A DNA stretch of 64,000 bases from an uncultured Phycisphaerales bacterium (GCA_963755915.1 CAVWLP010000002.1:3040001-3104000), one strand, 5' to 3'; shown: positions 21,270 to 31,905, numbered from the stretch's first letter. Made by a program: numbers and translations. The notes: generated by a model not told the origin, from the letters alone.

Positions 21270-22176
21270 GCAGCCTGACGACGGCATTTCCGCATGGCCG
21301 CGAAATTGAGGGCGTTCTGCGCCGGCGCAGGTTCGGGAATCTGGCGCGCCGAAATTTTCCACCTGTCTGACTTATGGGCTTCTGATCGCCGGGGCAATCG
21401 CGATGCTCGTGCCGTTTGTTTTCATGATCAGCAGCAGTCTGAAGACCGACCCGGAGATTCAGCAGGTCCCACCGACGATTTTGCCGCAGACGATCCAGTG
21501 GCATAACTACATCGACGCGATGGGCAGGGACAAAATGGATTTCTCCCACACGCTGCCCAATACGGTGGTGATCACATTCTGCTGCGTGGTGGGGCAGATT
21601 ATTTCCAGCAGTTTGGTGGGGTTTGGATTTGCGCGGTTTCGGTTTCGGGGGCGAAACGCGCTGTTCCTGCTGATGCTCAGCACGATGATGCTGCCGGCGC
21701 AGGTGACGATGATCCCGCTGTTCGTCATGTTCAAAAAACTGGGGTGGATCGACACATTTTTGCCGCTGATCGTTCCGGCATTTTTTGGCGGGCCGTTCTT
21801 TGTGTTTATGTTCCGGCAATTTTTCGCGGCGATTCCCGAGGAGCTCATGGAAGCCGCCCGCATCGATGGGGCGGGGGCACTGCGGGTTTACTGGCAGATC
21901 ATGATGCCGCTGTGCGGGCCGGTGATCGCCATCACGGCGATCTACACCTTCATGAACACGTGGAACGATTTTCTGAATCCGCTGATTTATCTGAATTCGC
22001 CGCAGAACCAGACGCTGGCGCTGGCGCTGGCGTCTTTCAATGGACAGTACGGCGTTTCGCACGTGAACCAGCTCATGGCGGCAAGCTTTGTCACGATGCT
22101 CCCATGCCTGCTGCTCTTCGCGGCGGCGCAGCGGTATTTCGTGGAGAACATCGCGATGACGGGCGGGAAGAATTAG
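21266..22176 (+). CDS. Carbohydrate ABC permease (MalG-like), frameshift near the start
   Basis: SSLKT, WHNY, MMLPAQVTMIP, IPEELMEAARIDGAG, WNDFLNPLIYL; ATGA overlap with the upstream gene. Confidence 0.9.
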
Positions 22177-22421
22177 TCTTGGGCTTGGGCTTAGATCCAA
22201 TCCGCCCGCATTTTCCGCGATTGCGTCAACATATTTACCGGGGTGAAAATCATGAGAAGTTAGTGATCGCAAATGCGTTGCCGTGGGGGTGCGGTGGGGG
22301 GTTTCGTTACCGTTGACAGTTTCGATTTTTTTCAAGACGGGGGCGTAGGGTGTACGTTTTCTTTCGCGAATTACGACAGGGGATTGAAGGGGGTTTGGGG
22401 CGATCATCAACATGTTGTGCC

Positions 22422-22464
22422 TCTATATACAGGTCCAAAAGGTGTACGTTTTGTACCTATTTTG
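22422..22464 (+). repeat. 43-bp dispersed intergenic repeat, copy 1
   Basis: TCTATATACAGGTCCAAAAGGTGTACGTTTTGTACCTATTTTG; 1 mismatch to 61707-61749. Confidence 0.9.
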
Positions 22465-22605
22465 TACGTATGGCGCAGGATTTTTTTTAGTTTATTCACC
22501 GCGGAGAACGGGGAGGGAAATACAAATGCATTATTGGGAAATCAATTTTGTCGTGCGGGCAGAGGGGATATGAATTTTCTGGTATTAGAGGTTTTGCGGA
22601 TCAAT

Positions 22606-22637
22606 AAAAAAAGCCACAGGACCTTGCCCTGTGGCTT
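22606..22637 (-). terminator. Rho-independent terminator after the PEP-CTERM gene
   Basis: AAGCCACAGG-N7-CCTGTGGCTT stem followed by a T-run on the minus strand. Confidence 0.8.
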
Positions 22638-22653
22638 CATTTTCGCCCCTGGA

Positions 22654-24261
22654 TCATCTGCTTTTGCTCCGCCGGGAAAGCATGCCGATTCCGGCGAAAC
22701 CTAGAAGTGCGAGCGAAGCCGGTTCAGGGACCGCGCCGATCGTTGGCAATGGCAGACCGTTAGCGACGGCAAAGGCATCGAGCGCTGCCACGTCTGCCGG
22801 GGTGACGGCGGCGCCGCTGTCGCCCTGGCCAAAATTGGCGGCCAAGGCGCTGAAGTCGGAGCCGTTGACGGAGGAGCCGTAGAGGAAATTGCCCTGGTCC
22901 CAGTTGGTGGCGCCGGTGCCGAAGTTGGCGGCGAGGATGCTGAAGTCGGACCCGTTGACGGTGCCGTCGAGGTTGGCGTCGCCGAGGAGGGTAAATTTCA
23001 GTTCGATCTGTCCGCTGGAGAGTCCTGCGACGACCTTATCTGCGCCGTCGGCCCAGCCGATGCCGTATTTGGCGCCGCCGGTGGCGTTCTGGGTTGCGGC
23101 CGCGGAGGAGATGATGCCGGTTCCGTTCCACGCGCCGTTGTTAAATCCGGAAAGGAGATAGGCCCGAATGGCGGCGATGGGATCGCTGGTTGTGTAGTCG
23201 ATGATGAGGTGGTTGTTGTTGATGTCCATCACGCCGTTGCCGGTGATGACGAGCGAGGAAATATTGATGTTGCTGGTGGCGTTGCCGGTGCCGGCGGTGG
23301 CGTCGGATTGGAGTTGGACGAGGCCTTCGTTGATGATGAACTCGTTGGCGGTGAGTCCCGTGCCGAGGACCAGCGCGCCGCTACCGGTCTTGTAGAAAAA
23401 GCCGGTGTCAACGATCAGGCCGGTCGGAGTTCCCGATACGGTGGTTGTACTACTGGTGATTTCGTAGTTGCCATTGCTGTTGTTGACGAGGATGGCCCCC
23501 GGGCTCACGGTGGAGTTTAACGTCACATTGTAATTGCCGTTGTTGTTATCGTTAAACTGCACCTGATCGCCGTCGGAGTACGTCTGTGCGGATGTGTTAT
23601 TGTTCCAGTTGTTGTTCACGCCGTCCCAGGTTGCGCCGTCGGCCGGGGCGGTGGCGCCGGTGTTGTTCCAGTTGAGCGTGAACACACCCGAGAGATTTTG
23701 CCAGGTCATGTCATAGCTTTTATTGGTTCCGGGATCGGCTTCCAGATTAAAACCTGAGATCGTGGTGAAATCGAACCCGCCGGGTGTTGGGGGAGACGCC
23801 GTCATCGGCGTGCCGTAAGGAGCATTGAAGGGGACGTCCACGATATATATGCCGGGGTTGTATCCAAAGCCGAAAGAATATTGCCATTCATCGCCTTCGC
23901 CGTCGTCGAGATCGACAAGCGGTCCGACTCCCTGGGTGTAACCGGCGGGGACTTCGGCGCTGTCATTGTTCACGGTGAACATAAGCTGAAGGTCATTGTC
24001 TGTGCCGCAGTTGATAACGGTTGGATATAACTCGTAGTAGCAACTTCCATAGGCACTGGGATACTGCCAATCCGAAAATGTTTCCCAGCCGGTCGCAGTT
24101 GAGGTTAAGACCGTGTAGGGCGCCGGGATGGTCCAGGCGGCGTATTTTGAATAACCGGAAAAATCGTCAAAGCCCTCGATGACCTGAGCGCTGGCCGCCG
24201 ATGTAGCCATGGCTGCAACCGACGCCGTCGCGGCGAGAATTAGTGATCGTTTCCTGGGCAT
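22654..24261 (-). CDS. Secreted PEP-CTERM protein: N-terminal CBM-like domain, autotransporter-like beta repeat, dockerin-like module
   Basis: Signal peptide; KTGSGALVL; GDANLDGTVNGSDF; VPEPASLALLG...RR. Confidence 0.9.
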   Translation of the reverse strand: MPRKRSLILAATASVAAMATSAASAQVIEGFDDFSGYSKYAAWTIPAPYTVLTSTATGWETFSDWQYPSAYGSCYYELYPTVINCGTDNDLQLMFTVNNDSAEVPAGYTQGVGPLVDLDDGEGDEWQYSFGFGYNPGIYIVDVPFNAPYGTPMTASPPTPGGFDFTTISGFNLEADPGTNKSYDMTWQNLSGVFTLNWNNTGATAPADGATWDGVNNNWNNNTSAQTYSDGDQVQFNDNNNGNYNVTLNSTVSPGAILVNNSNGNYEITSSTTTVSGTPTGLIVDTGFFYKTGSGALVLGTGLTANEFIINEGLVQLQSDATAGTGNATSNINISSLVITGNGVMDINNNHLIIDYTTSDPIAAIRAYLLSGFNNGAWNGTGIISSAAATQNATGGAKYGIGWADGADKVVAGLSSGQIELKFTLLGDANLDGTVNGSDFSILAANFGTGATNWDQGNFLYGSSVNGSDFSALAANFGQGDSGAAVTPADVAALDAFAVANGLPLPTIGAVPEPASLALLGFAGIGMLSRRSKSR

Positions 24262-24379
24262 CTCTCACCTCAAAAACATTGGGAAGGGTGTTTGAAAAAG
24301 CGGAATTACAGAAAGGACACCTGACCATTTCCTCCGCCGTTCAAATTACCTCAATGGATAATAAAGGTCAAGCAAATTT

Positions 24380-24393
24380 TAACAGTAGTGTTA
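24380..24393 (-). promoter_or_regulatory. Operator TAACA-N4-TGTTA just upstream of a sigma70-like promoter (TTGACC-N17-TAATTT)
   Basis: Minus strand TATAACACTACTGTTAAAATTTGCTTGACC. Confidence 0.6.
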
Positions 24394-24701
24394 TAGTCTT
24401 TTGCTCCAAAAAAAATCACCGCTTCGATCGTAGAAATACGCATCTTTTGTCTTAGGGTTCGACGGGAACCGCGTCGTTTGAACTCGTCCCGTCGGGGCAC
24501 TTCAAGAGCATCACTTGCATGACCGTCAAGACCTTGCTAACCGGAATCCAAACCTTGTCCTCGAGCCGCTTCACCTTCCGACCGCCCACACGCGCGCCCT
24601 GTTCTTCGCTCCTCTCGCTCGCAGCGCTGCTCGACCGAATTTCCAATGCCTGCTTCGCTCCCGGTGTGAATCGTTCCAGGTCGGCAACAAACTTGCTGCC
24701 A

Positions 24702-25754
24702 TCATGGCAAGTCGTAGTTGAGTTCGTCTTGCTTATTGAACCAATGCAGATCGTTGGGGCGCGTATCGTCGAGCATGAAGTTCTTAAACTGCAAGTCGGT
24801 TCCCCCAGACCCAGGCTTCTTCCAATGGAACGAATCCACATGTCCGTCAACGAACAGGAAATTGGCCGTCGTATTGTTCAGATGCCGGAAACGCAGATCA
24901 TTTCCAAGCGAGCCGTTGGGGCCCGTTGCGCCTTCCATCGCCGCGTAGTTCTGCCAATCCTGGTTCAGACCCGCGTCGGGACCCTGCGGATACGCCGCGT
25001 TCTGCATTGTTTCGAGAATGTTAATCGGCGTGGGCCAATAGAGCTGCCACCGATTGGGCTGAAGGTACCAGAAATCAGCGTCAGCCTGCCATGTTCCGGT
25101 CAGACTGCCGGTGAGACCTTCGTTCCCGATCAGCGCCGCGTCTCCCAGCATGATGATCTCACCCGGTCGTTTTACCTGCTCAAGCTTCATGGGAACCGCT
25201 CCCGGATTCATGGGCGCCCCGCCCAACGGGTTGCATGTCGTCGGATTGGTCAGAAGATTAGGCTGGAAGCGGAACAGAACGGAGAGCACGCTGTAGGTGT
25301 TCGCTTGGGACGGATCCCAAGTCGGATACGGGGCCGTCGGCCCAGAAGGCACATACGTGCTATCAATCGTGTCTTTGTCCTTGAAGAGCGCCCCAACGAC
25401 TGTGCGCCCTGGCCGCTGTATAAACCGTTCGAGCCTCCCTTAATGAACGGCAGAATCAGATAGTGCCAATCGGTCGCGCCCTGATCGTTGAGACTACCGT
25501 CGCCGGTCCAATAGTAAAGCGGGAAATGATCGTTATACGCTTCGGCGTATTCAATGATCGCCATCCCAATCTGCCGCTCGTTCGAGGCACATGAGATAAG
25601 ATTAGCCTGCTGCCGCGCGCCCCAGCGCCGGCAAAATGATGCCAATCAGAATCGCTATAATCCCAATGACCACCAGCAACTCAACGAGCGTAAACCCAGC
25701 TTTCTTTCGCATGCCTGCCTCCGGCATAGGGGTAAAATTCGAACTCTGAATCAT
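24702..25754 (-). CDS. DUF1559-type prepilin N-terminal cleavage/methylation protein with H-X9-DG motif, two frameshifts
   Basis: GFTLVELLVVIGIIAILIGIILPAL, CASNERQIG, RFRHLNNTTANFLFVDGHV. Confidence 0.9.
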
Positions 25755-27475
25755 GGTGTCACCGATGCATGTTGGATGCCGACCTCGTTCGCCGCGGCGG
25801 CGTCTGTGCTTGCTACGAAATTGAACGTGGCGGGTGCGGCATTCTTGATATTCACAGACTGAGCGCCAGCGATGGACACATCGACCATCGCTGCCGACCC
25901 CACGGCTCCCGCATCCGCCAATACGCCATAGCCCACCCCGGACAATCCGGGATTTATGATCCGCACCCGATCGAACGTAATGTCGTTTATGGGCAGGCAC
26001 TTAACGCACGTGAACTTGATCCCATCGGTGGGGCTATCGAGCACGTCGATGTCCTGGAATCTCACGCCGGAGAGGCTGCGAAGATTCGTCATGACCGCAA
26101 TCGCACCGTCGCGGTCGCCGGCGCGGGTGATGTGAACATCGCGAAAATTCGTGACTCCGTGGAAGCCGGATTCCGTGGGGAACATGGTGCTGACTAGCAG
26201 GCCGGCGCCGTAGGGGATGTCGATGGCTTGGCAGTCTTCGACGCTGTTTCCACTTCCGCCGTAAACTGAAAACGCCTGGGCCAGGGTGGGGAGCTGTGCC
26301 GCGCAATGGACGAAGCGGTTATTGCCGGCAAGATATGTCGCATCGGCATAGGTGGCGGGCCACATGGCGAAGCAATCATCCCCCGTGTTTCGGGCGGTGC
26401 AGTTGCGGACGATGGTATTTCGCATCCCCAGGCAGAGGTTGATTCCATCGGCGATGGTGTCGCGGAAGCGGCAGCCTTCGACGAGCAGGCCATCGGAATT
26501 GACGAGCCAGGCACCGGTCTTTGTGTGTTCGACCCAGATTCTGCGGATTGACGATCCTGTGCCAAAGGTTCCGCATAGGCCGTCGTTGGGCTCGGAATCG
26601 TTGCGATAAGTGAGATTGCCGATGATCGCGAAATCGGACAGCGATACGTTCGACCCATTGCCGAGAATGGCGAGGCGATTTACGGGTGAGTAGTCATCGA
26701 CGCCGCGCAGGGTCGAATACCACATCCCCGCGCCGGCAATGGCGACATCGCTGACCTGGAGCGGTCCCTTGACCTGATATTCACCCGGGGGGATCCAGAC
26801 CGTTTTGTGCGTGGATTTCGCAGCGGAAATGGCGGCAATAAAGGCATCGTGGGCGTCGGCCTGCCCGGCGGCATTTGCGCCGAAATCCGTGACTGACAGG
26901 GAATTCATCGGTCTGGGCAGTGGGGCGGGGACGGCTTCGAGATCGATGAAATCGATCAGGTATTGGCTGGCGAGATCGCCGGGGTCTTTCTCCAGGCGAA
27001 TGGTGTCCCCGGCATGAATCTGGCCGGGCATTTGCCTGACCTCATCCCAGAAATGCCGAGGGGAGCCCGAGGCCGGATTGTTGTTAAATGGATATTTGCC
27101 ATAGACATAGCAGTATTTCGAGGTCATCGGCAGGCGGGAGCGGAGTGTGCCGTTGACGTATAGGCTGAGGGTGGCGGCGTCCGTGCCAGGCGGGAGGCAG
27201 TAACGGACGACAATTCCGTTGGCGTCGGCTTTGGCGTTAAACTCGATAAAGTCACCGGTTTGGGAGAGGCGGATGCATTGTCTGCCGCTGGCTTCTCTCG
27301 GGGGGGTTTGGCCAATATAATCCGGTCCGAGAACCAGGCCGTTGTTTTTGACTGCTTCTGCTTCGTAGGTAGTCCAAGGGAGGACCGCCCCCGGGCGGCT
27401 GGTTTGAACCGCCGTGCAACCGCCAAGCAATGTCAGCATGGCTGCAAGTCCAACCGCCGCGCACCAAACGTTCAT
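25751..27475 (-). CDS. GH87-like alpha-1,3-glucanase/mycodextranase (beta-helix), lipoprotein
   Basis: TYEAE, EASGR, ANGIVVRY, LYVNG, TSKY...YG, HFWDE, IDFIDLE, GAGMWYS, ADGIN, RNTGDD. Confidence 0.75.
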   Translation of the reverse strand: MNVWCAAVGLAAMLTLLGGCTAVQTSRPGAVLPWTTYEAEAVKNNGLVLGPDYIGQTPPREASGRQCIRLSQTGDFIEFNAKADANGIVVRYCLPPGTDAATLSLYVNGTLRSRLPMTSKYCYVYGKYPFNNNPASGSPRHFWDEVRQMPGQIHAGDTIRLEKDPGDLASQYLIDFIDLEAVPAPLPRPMNSLSVTDFGANAAGQADAHDAFIAAISAAKSTHKTVWIPPGEYQVKGPLQVSDVAIAGAGMWYSTLRGVDDYSPVNRLAILGNGSNVSLSDFAIIGNLTYRNDSEPNDGLCGTFGTGSSIRRIWVEHTKTGAWLVNSDGLLVEGCRFRDTIADGINLCLGMRNTIVRNCTARNTGDDCFAMWPATYADATYLAGNNRFVHCAAQLPTLAQAFSVYGGSGNSVEDCQAIDIPYGAGLLVSTMFPTESGFHGVTNFRDVHITRAGDRDGAIAVMTNLRSLSGVRFQDIDVLDSPTDGIKFTCVKCLPINDITFDRVRIINPGLSGVGYGVLADAGAVGSAAMVDVSIAGAQSVNIKNAAPATFNFVASTDAAAANEVGIQHASVTP

Positions 27476-27510
27476 TAATCCCTCGAGTGAAGGGGCGTCC
27501 CATGGAACTA

Positions 27511-27524
27511 TAACACTGGTGTAC
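27511..27524. promoter_or_regulatory. Operator TAACA-N4-TGTAC in the divergent GH87/regulator promoter region
   Basis: TATAACACTGGTGTAC, just downstream of minus-strand TTGACA-N16-TAGACT. Confidence 0.55.
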
Positions 27525-27631
27525 TAGTCTACCGGCGATCTAACCAATGTCAACGGTTTTTTCTAGTGAATCGGTAAATTCAAGGGTAAAATAGCACACG
27601 GGTGAGATAGCTTAGAGAGAAAGTTTCTAAC

Positions 27632-28695
27632 ATGCCTCAGCGGCAAAAGTTCCGAGACGTGATGTCGGTGATCGAGCGGCGGATACGCCAGGGCGATTAT
27701 GTGTTGTCGCCCATTCCCGGTGAGCGAAAGATCGCCGAGGAGACGGGCGTGAGCCACATGACCGCGCGAAAGCGGTGCGCGGACTGCTGGAGAGAAAGGT
27801 CCTGATCCGGCGGCCCAACGGGTCGCTCGATGTTCATCCCCGGCAGCAGAGCAACGCGGGTGGGGCACACTTCCTTCTGCTTTATCCGGCGTATGCGTCG
27901 ACTTATCTGACGCATTTACGGCAGACGGTTGATGAAGCGGCTCAGAAGTATGGTCTGGCGATGCGGCCGGTGCAGTATGTGCATTGGGATGATCCGGTGG
28001 TCGCGAGCGCGGCGGGGAATCCGGCTGGGGTGATCTTTATTCCCAGCGCCGTCAATGTGCCTGAGCATGTGATGGCCATGCTGCGGATGAGCAAGAGCGT
28101 ATCGCTGGACCTGGACCTGAGCGACCGGGCGATTCCATCGATAAGCGTTTTCCCCGATGCCCACATCGTGAGGGTTTTTGACCATCTTCGCCAGCTTGGG
28201 CATCAGCAGGTTTGGTGCGTCAGCACGCAGGCTCACAACCCGGAAATCGAGCGGCGGATTTGCCTGTGGCGCCGTTACCTGGAAGAGCACCAGATGAGCG
28301 GCGAGCTTCTTGAGCGTCCCACGACTTCGTTTCAGGATGCGACGCCGACGGGATACGACCTGATGCGCGAACTGCTCGAGCAGGGGCCGCTGAAATCGAC
28401 GGCCTTTGTCGGCACGACGTTTCCGGCGGCGGTTGGCGCGATGCGCGCCTGCTGGGAGCAGGGATTGGTGGTTGGAAAGGACGTTTCGATTTGCGCGATC
28501 AATATTGAATCGCCGGCGCGGTTCATGACTCCGTCGGTGACAGGGCTGGAGATTCCAAATCTCTCCAAATTGCTGGGGCAATGCTTTGACTGGTTCACCG
28601 AAGATTATGAGTGGACGGGGGCGAGGCGAATGGAGCCTGGCCGGGCCGAATTCATCGAGGGGGAGTCGACCGGTCCGGCCAACATGCCTTCCTGA
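27632..28695 (+). CDS. GntR-HTH/LacI-type sugar-binding domain transcriptional regulator, frameshift near 27770
   Basis: IPGERKIAEETGVSHMTARK wHTH; C-terminal AVGAMRA...GKDVSICAI...PSVT. Confidence 0.85.
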
Positions 28696-28874
28696 AAATC
28701 GCCTGAACTTTATAAATAGTTCTGTGACGTTATATCCTAAATTGCGTCATTTGGGACCGCATTAGCGACCTAGCGATTTTGGGATCCCCGCATTTTTTCG
28801 GGATCAAATCCTTTTATCTTCCGAACCCAAAAAACCGCTTTTCATCCCGCAAAATCTTCGGTTTTTGCGACATA

Positions 28875-28888
28875 TAACATGCGCGTTA
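28875..28888 (+). promoter_or_regulatory. Operator TAACA-N4-CGTTA upstream of a TTGACG-N17-TATTTT promoter
   Basis: TATAACATGCGCGTTAAAATTTCGCTTGACG; same architecture as the 24380 site. Confidence 0.6.
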
Positions 28889-29010
28889 AAATTTCGCTTG
28901 ACGCCCGCCAAAAACAGCGGTATTTTTAGCCGTCGAGGAAATGATTTCGGGTCATTTCGAACTGCCTATCATGCCCTTACGGGCGCGAATCCTTTGAGGG
29001 AGAAAAACGC

Positions 29011-29781
29011 ATGAAACGGTTCTCAATCCTGGCGGCGAGCGGCATCGGTTTGGCAATATTGGCATCCACGGCGAATGCCCAATACAACCCAATCGCTAAT
29101 TTTGACTCGCCCTATCCGCCGATCGGCCAAGTAGGTCCCAACGGTCCCTTCCCTTCTTACGCCTACGCCAACTACGGCGCCTGGGCAGATTCGTCCCCGA
29201 CGACGGTGATTACTTCCAATCCCACCAATTGGGAGGTCGCTTCAAGCGCCGGCTACGGCAGCAACTTCTTCAATATCTATTTCGCCAGCTATGGTCCCAC
29301 GGTTAACGCCAGCGCTGACAACACACTGCTTCTTCAGGTAAACGTTGTCTCCGGCACCGTTCAGGGCGGCGATTTCTTCGTCGATCTGACCGACGGCGAC
29401 AGCGGTGGCAATGAGGGCTTCCAGTACAACATCAGCGGTAACCCGGTTTTGGGCCCCGGCTCGTATACCTTCACCATTCCCCTCGACGACCCGACCGCTC
29501 CATTTGGAACTTACGGCGCCGAGTCAGCCGAGCCTACGAATCCGTCCCAGCTCTCCGCCAACTTCGGCGGTCTGACTTGGTACCTCGATATTTCATCGCT
29601 CATCGGATATCACCTGGAGCTCGATCCCGGCGTCCTCCCCGGCACCAACACTCCCAGTCCCTACGATGTTCAGTACGTCGCGCTTGCGGCTGTCCCCGAG
29701 CCCGCAAGCCTGGGAATCGGCGCAATGAGCGTGATTTACCTGGCCGGTCGGCGTCGCCGGGCAGTCGCGAAAACCGCCTAA
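29011..29781 (+). CDS. PEP-CTERM protein with a CBM-like domain paralogous to the N-terminus of 22654..24261
   Basis: Signal peptide; VPEPASLG...RRRR; shared motifs Y.AW, YGS, VDL.DG, QY, PG.Y, LE.DPG, YD. Confidence 0.85.
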   Translation: MKRFSILAASGIGLAILASTANAQYNPIANFDSPYPPIGQVGPNGPFPSYAYANYGAWADSSPTTVITSNPTNWEVASSAGYGSNFFNIYFASYGPTVNASADNTLLLQVNVVSGTVQGGDFFVDLTDGDSGGNEGFQYNISGNPVLGPGSYTFTIPLDDPTAPFGTYGAESAEPTNPSQLSANFGGLTWYLDISSLIGYHLELDPGVLPGTNTPSPYDVQYVALAAVPEPASLGIGAMSVIYLAGRRRRAVAKTA

Positions 29782-29819
29782 ATCGCCTCACATTCAGGCA
29801 CAGCGATGTTCAGAAATTC

Positions 29820-29853
29820 GCCTCCTCATCAGAAATGGTGAGGAGGCTTTTTT
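29820..29853 (+). terminator. Rho-independent terminator
   Basis: GCCTCCTCATC-N6-GGTGAGGAGGC followed by TTTTTT. Confidence 0.85.
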
Positions 29854-29890
29854 GTTGAAATGAAATTTACCGGAAGGATGCCGTGGGCGT

Positions 29891-31731
29891 TCAGGGGCGC
29901 AACGCGTGTTGCCGGGAGCGGCGGCGGACGCTCAAGACAGCCATGATTGCAAGTGCCGGCAGGGCGACCGGTTCGGGGACATCGGCAAGAAGTCCGTTAG
30001 CGGCGGCGAAGGCTTGGAGGGCGGCGCGGTCTTCGGAAGTGACGTTGCTGGCGCCGCTGTCACCCTGCCCGAAATTAGCGGCCAGGGCGGCGAAATCGCT
30101 GCCGTTTACGGTGGTGCCGTAGAGGAAATTTCCCTGGTCCCAGTTGGTGGTTCCGAGCCCGAAGTTTGCGGCCAGGATGCTGAAGTCGGTTCCGTTGACG
30201 ACGCCGTCGAGATTTGCATCGCCGAGCAGGGTGTACTTGATTTCGATCTGTCCGGAGGAGAGACCGGCGACGACGCCGTCTTTTCCGTCGGCGAAGCCAA
30301 GTGCATAGGCGTGATTGGCGGCGGCGTAGGATGAATCGATTCCCAGGCCGTTCCATCCGCCGTTGTTAAATCCGGAAACCAGGTAGGCGCGGATAGCTGC
30401 GATGGGATCCGAACTGCCGTAGGTGACGGTGAGCTGATCATTCGTGAGGTCGAGGCTGGCGGTGCCGTTCAGCGTGTAGGTGTTGATGGAGGTGATCGTG
30501 GCGGTGGTCGATGTAATCGCATCCGCAAGCGTCTTGAGCGCATCGGGAAAATCCAGGTTATTGATGTCGCTGGACGTCTGGCTGAGTATGGCTTCCTCGG
30601 TGGTGTCCAGAGTTGAGTTGCCGAGAAACTGCTCGCGCGCTTCGTAGAGCTGGTAGACGAGTTGCAATTGAGAGAGGCCGTAGGGAACGCCGGTGAACTG
30701 CTGGATCTGCTGGAGCGATGAAAATCCGTTCTGGACGGTCGGCTCGATCATGGTTCCTTCGCCGTAGTCGTTCCAGGTGGCGATCTGGATTCCTCCGCCG
30801 ATATTTTTGGCGTAGGTTTCATCCTCATCGAGGGTTTCGGTGAGGGTTGAGCCGTTGCTGTCGCTTTCAGGGATGACGAATCCCGCCGCGGCGGAGGGGT
30901 CGCCGCCGGCGGTGTAGAAGTCGTTGTAGCCCACGAAGGCGTCGCCGATGGAATTGCTGAAGGTGCCCGCCTCGTACTGGAGAAAGTTCTGCTGAACGGT
31001 GTGGTAGTTGATCGTAGAGTTTTCATAGATCCAGCCCATTTCGCCGACGGCGGGGGGACGCCGACTTCGTAGGATTGATATTGGAGCGGGACGATCGCGG
31101 GGGTCTGGCTGACGCCGGAGAGAATCGAGGTCCACTCGGTGGATGTGTTGTCTACGCTCGAGATGGGGCCGAACAGGGGCAACAATGGGGCATTGCCGAC
31201 CTTGATGTAGTTGGACTGGGTGGCGTAGTTTTGCTCCATGTAGTTGATGTTGGTGGTGACCTCGCTGGCGGAGGTTGCGAAGCGATCTTCGAGTTGGACG
31301 GCGACTTGCAGGCCGTAGGTTTGGGTGGCGGGGATGATTTTGTTGGAGGCGTCGAAGAGAGATAGTTCGTCGCTGTTGGAGCCTTGCTCGCCGTACCAGT
31401 CGACGATGGTGCCGCTGATTCCGGAGAGTTTCATCAGTAGCATCTGGTATTCGATGACGTAGGGATCGCTGGAGTCGTAGGGGCCGATGAGAGGGTAGTA
31501 GTAGGAGGCGATGTTGCGCTCGCCGTTGGGTTCGATGACGTTGGGGTTTTGGTTGTTCATGGTCCAGTGCCAGCCCCAATTGGTGCCGTTGAGGGTTTCG
31601 GGGGTCTGGAACCAGGGCATGAGCTGGACGTAAACGGGGGTGGGATTTGTCTTGGGGACGGTGGCTTGAGCCAGCAGGGCGGAGGGGAAACCGAGTAAGC
31701 AGCCGGTTGCGACAACCCGATGCTGTTTCAA
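29891..31731 (-). CDS. GH71/99-like glycoside hydrolase with dockerin-like module and PEP-CTERM, frameshift near 31050
   Basis: MPWF, WGWHWTM, IASYYYPLIGPYDSSD, IVDWYG, QIATWNDYGEGTMIEPT, GDANLDGVVNGTDF, VPEP. Confidence 0.85.
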
Positions 31732-31787
31732 CTGAGCTCCTTGTGGGTGGCTTGGAATTCCTCGGGGAATACTCCGCGGGGGGAGTA

Positions 31788-31801
31788 TAACAGTGTTGTT
31801 C
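31788..31801. promoter_or_regulatory. Operator TAACA-N4-TGTTC overlapping a minus-strand TTGTTT-N17-TATACT promoter
   Basis: TATAACAGTGTTGTTC upstream of the GH71/99-like gene. Confidence 0.5.
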
Positions 31802-31905
31802 TAATCAAACAATTGAAAGGTGCCGGCGAGAGTTGGGCAGGGGGGAAATTATATTTGTCGATTGGGTTTTGCATTTTGGTTTTCTGCGCTCGCGGTACAA
31901 AAGGT

